Below are positions 62,533-64,000 of a stretch of DNA of 64,000 nt, in pieces. Source of the DNA: Hymenobacter sp. (GTDB lineage Bacteria; Bacteroidota; Bacteroidia; Cytophagales; Hymenobacteraceae); NCBI GenBank assembly GCA_965247135.1, contig CBDFGP010000004.1, forward strand, positions 912,814 through 976,813, in the 5' to 3' direction. Every line of letters begins with the position of its first letter. The stretch's first letter is position 1. The translations under genes and the position numbers were made by a program. Under the pieces are notes generated by a model, which saw nothing but the letters and a program-made list of their open reading frames with translations, did no database searches and was not told the origin of the DNA.

Positions 62533-64000
62533 ATGATAACCTGGGCTGCTTTTCCCTTCGTGCGCCTCACCCCGGCGCTGATTCTGGGCATTGTGGCCTA
62601 CCTCTACCTGGGCGCGGACTGGCCCGAACTCTGGCCCTGGGCCACGGCGCTGGCGCTCGTCAGCGGCGGGCTGATTTTTGGGGCCACCCGCCGCTACGAC
62701 AAAGCCGCCACCGACCTGGCCGGGCTGCTGGGCTTGCTCGCGGTGGCCGTGTTGGGTGCCACCCTCACCCAGCGCAGCGTGGAAAGCCGCCGCGCCGACC
62801 ACCTCGGCCGCTTCGGCGACCGGGTGCAGGCCTACCGCGCCGTGGTGAACGACTACACCGTGGCGCGGCCCAAAACCTACGCCACCACGTTGCGGGTGCG
62901 GGCGGTGCGGGTGGGCGGGCGCTGGCGGACGGCCACCGGCAGCATCCGCATTTCGCTGCCCCGTGTGGCGGGCATTGCGGCCCCGCAGTACGGGCAGGTG
63001 TGGCTGGTGCGCGGCCACCCCGACTTGAGCAAGTCGCCCCTCAACCCCGGTGAGTTTGACTACCGACGTTACCTGGAGTATCGGCAAGTGTATCATCAAC
63101 AATACATTCACCCCGACCAATACCGCATTCTGGGCCTGGCTCCGCCCTCGGTGCTGGTGGCCGTGAGTATGCGGGCCGCCACGGTGCTCGACGGCGTGTT
63201 TCGGCATTATATTAAGGAAAAGCGCGAGTACGCCATTGCCTCGGCGCTGGTGCTGGGCATCAAGGACGACGTAGACGTGAGCACCAAACAGGCGTACCTC
63301 GCCACCGGCACCACCCACATCATGGCCGTGAGCGGCTTGCAGGTGGGGCTGCTGTTTGCGGCCCTCAACTGGTTGCTTCGGGGACTGTTTGGGCGGGTGC
63401 GCGGGTTCCGGCTGTGGTCGGCGGGGGTGGGGCTGGCCGTCATCTGGACCTATGCGTTTCTCACGGGGCTGTCGGCTTCGGTGCTACGGGCCACGGTCAT
63501 GTTTTCGTTCGTCATCGTGGGGCGGGCCATGCAGCGGCAAGACACCATTTTCAATACCCTGGGCGTGGCGGCGTTTTGCTTGCTGGTGTACAACCCGTTT
63601 CTGGTGGCCGATGTGGGCTTTCAGCTCTCTTTTTTGGCGGTGTTGAGCATCGTGTATTTGCAGCCGCGCATCAGCAAGTGGGTCGACTTAAACTACTATT
63701 TCAACGGCCGGCGGCGGCCGTGGCAACCCAAGCCGGTGCAGTGGGCGTGGCGCGGCACCGGTTGGGCCACGCAGGGCATCTGGGAAGCCACGGCGTTGAG
63801 CCTGGCCGCGCAGGTGGCTACGTTTCCGCTGGGGCTGTTTTATTTCCACCAGTTTCCGTTCAGCTTCTTGTTTTCTAATTTGGTAGCCGTGCCCATTTCC
63901 AGCGGCTCGGTGTATGTGGGATTGGGTTTATTGGCCCTGAAAGGGCTGCTGGCGCTGTTGAGCTTGGTGCTGCCGAAGCTGGTGAACCACTGGCTCGATT
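62533..64000 (+). CDS. comEC: ComEC/Rec2 competence protein, 5' part (runs off window end)
   Basis: Manual translation from ATG 62533: PLNPGEFDYRRYL, ALVLG, TGTTHIMAVSGL, SVLRA.VM, GFQLSFLAV. Absent from the ORF track. Confidence 0.93.
   Translation, partial: MITWAAFPFVRLTPALILGIVAYLYLGADWPELWPWATALALVSGGLIFGATRRYDKAATDLAGLLGLLAVAVLGATLTQRSVESRRADHLGRFGDRVQAYRAVVNDYTVARPKTYATTLRVRAVRVGGRWRTATGSIRISLPRVAGIAAPQYGQVWLVRGHPDLSKSPLNPGEFDYRRYLEYRQVYHQQYIHPDQYRILGLAPPSVLVAVSMRAATVLDGVFRHYIKEKREYAIASALVLGIKDDVDVSTKQAYLATGTTHIMAVSGLQVGLLFAALNWLLRGLFGRVRGFRLWSAGVGLAVIWTYAFLTGLSASVLRATVMFSFVIVGRAMQRQDTIFNTLGVAAFCLLVYNPFLVADVGFQLSFLAVLSIVYLQPRISKWVDLNYYFNGRRRPWQPKPVQWAWRGTGWATQGIWEATALSLAAQVATFPLGLFYFHQFPFSFLFSNLVAVPISSGSVYVGLGLLALKGLLALLSLVLPKLVNHWLD

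Overview
High-GC Bacteroidota DNA, most like Hymenobacter/Cytophagales (inferred from T9SS C-terminal domains, TAnnTTTG -7 promoter elements and gene content). Core genes: infB (5' part)-nusA-rimP, lysA, chromate transporter, hmgA, class I HMG-CoA reductase, penicillin acylase, rlpA, DUF72, tRNA-Val(TAC) and comEC (5' part). These are interleaved with large T9SS surface proteins and several accessory/defence patches: McrBC, a type IIG/ISP-like restriction-modification enzyme, two toxin-antitoxin pairs, an AT-rich two-gene island and REase-like singletons. No integrase or transposase was recognised. Unexplained structures: (1) a palindromic ~42-bp unit (AGGTAGGTTATT-N-AATAACCTACCT) at three sites that separate defence-type cassettes next to an XRE-HTH + helical-protein module; (2) a TA cassette between two diverged copies of the last 100 bp of lysA; (3) ten perfect 8-bp repeats inside the RM gene, a likely phase-variation switch, beside an AT-shifted specificity segment; (4) an unrelated 42-bp-period array with a variable 9-nt core upstream of a helical hypothetical gene; (5) orphan T9SS tails and many families of intergenic fold-back elements. 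Family names come from motif recognition by eye, not database searches.
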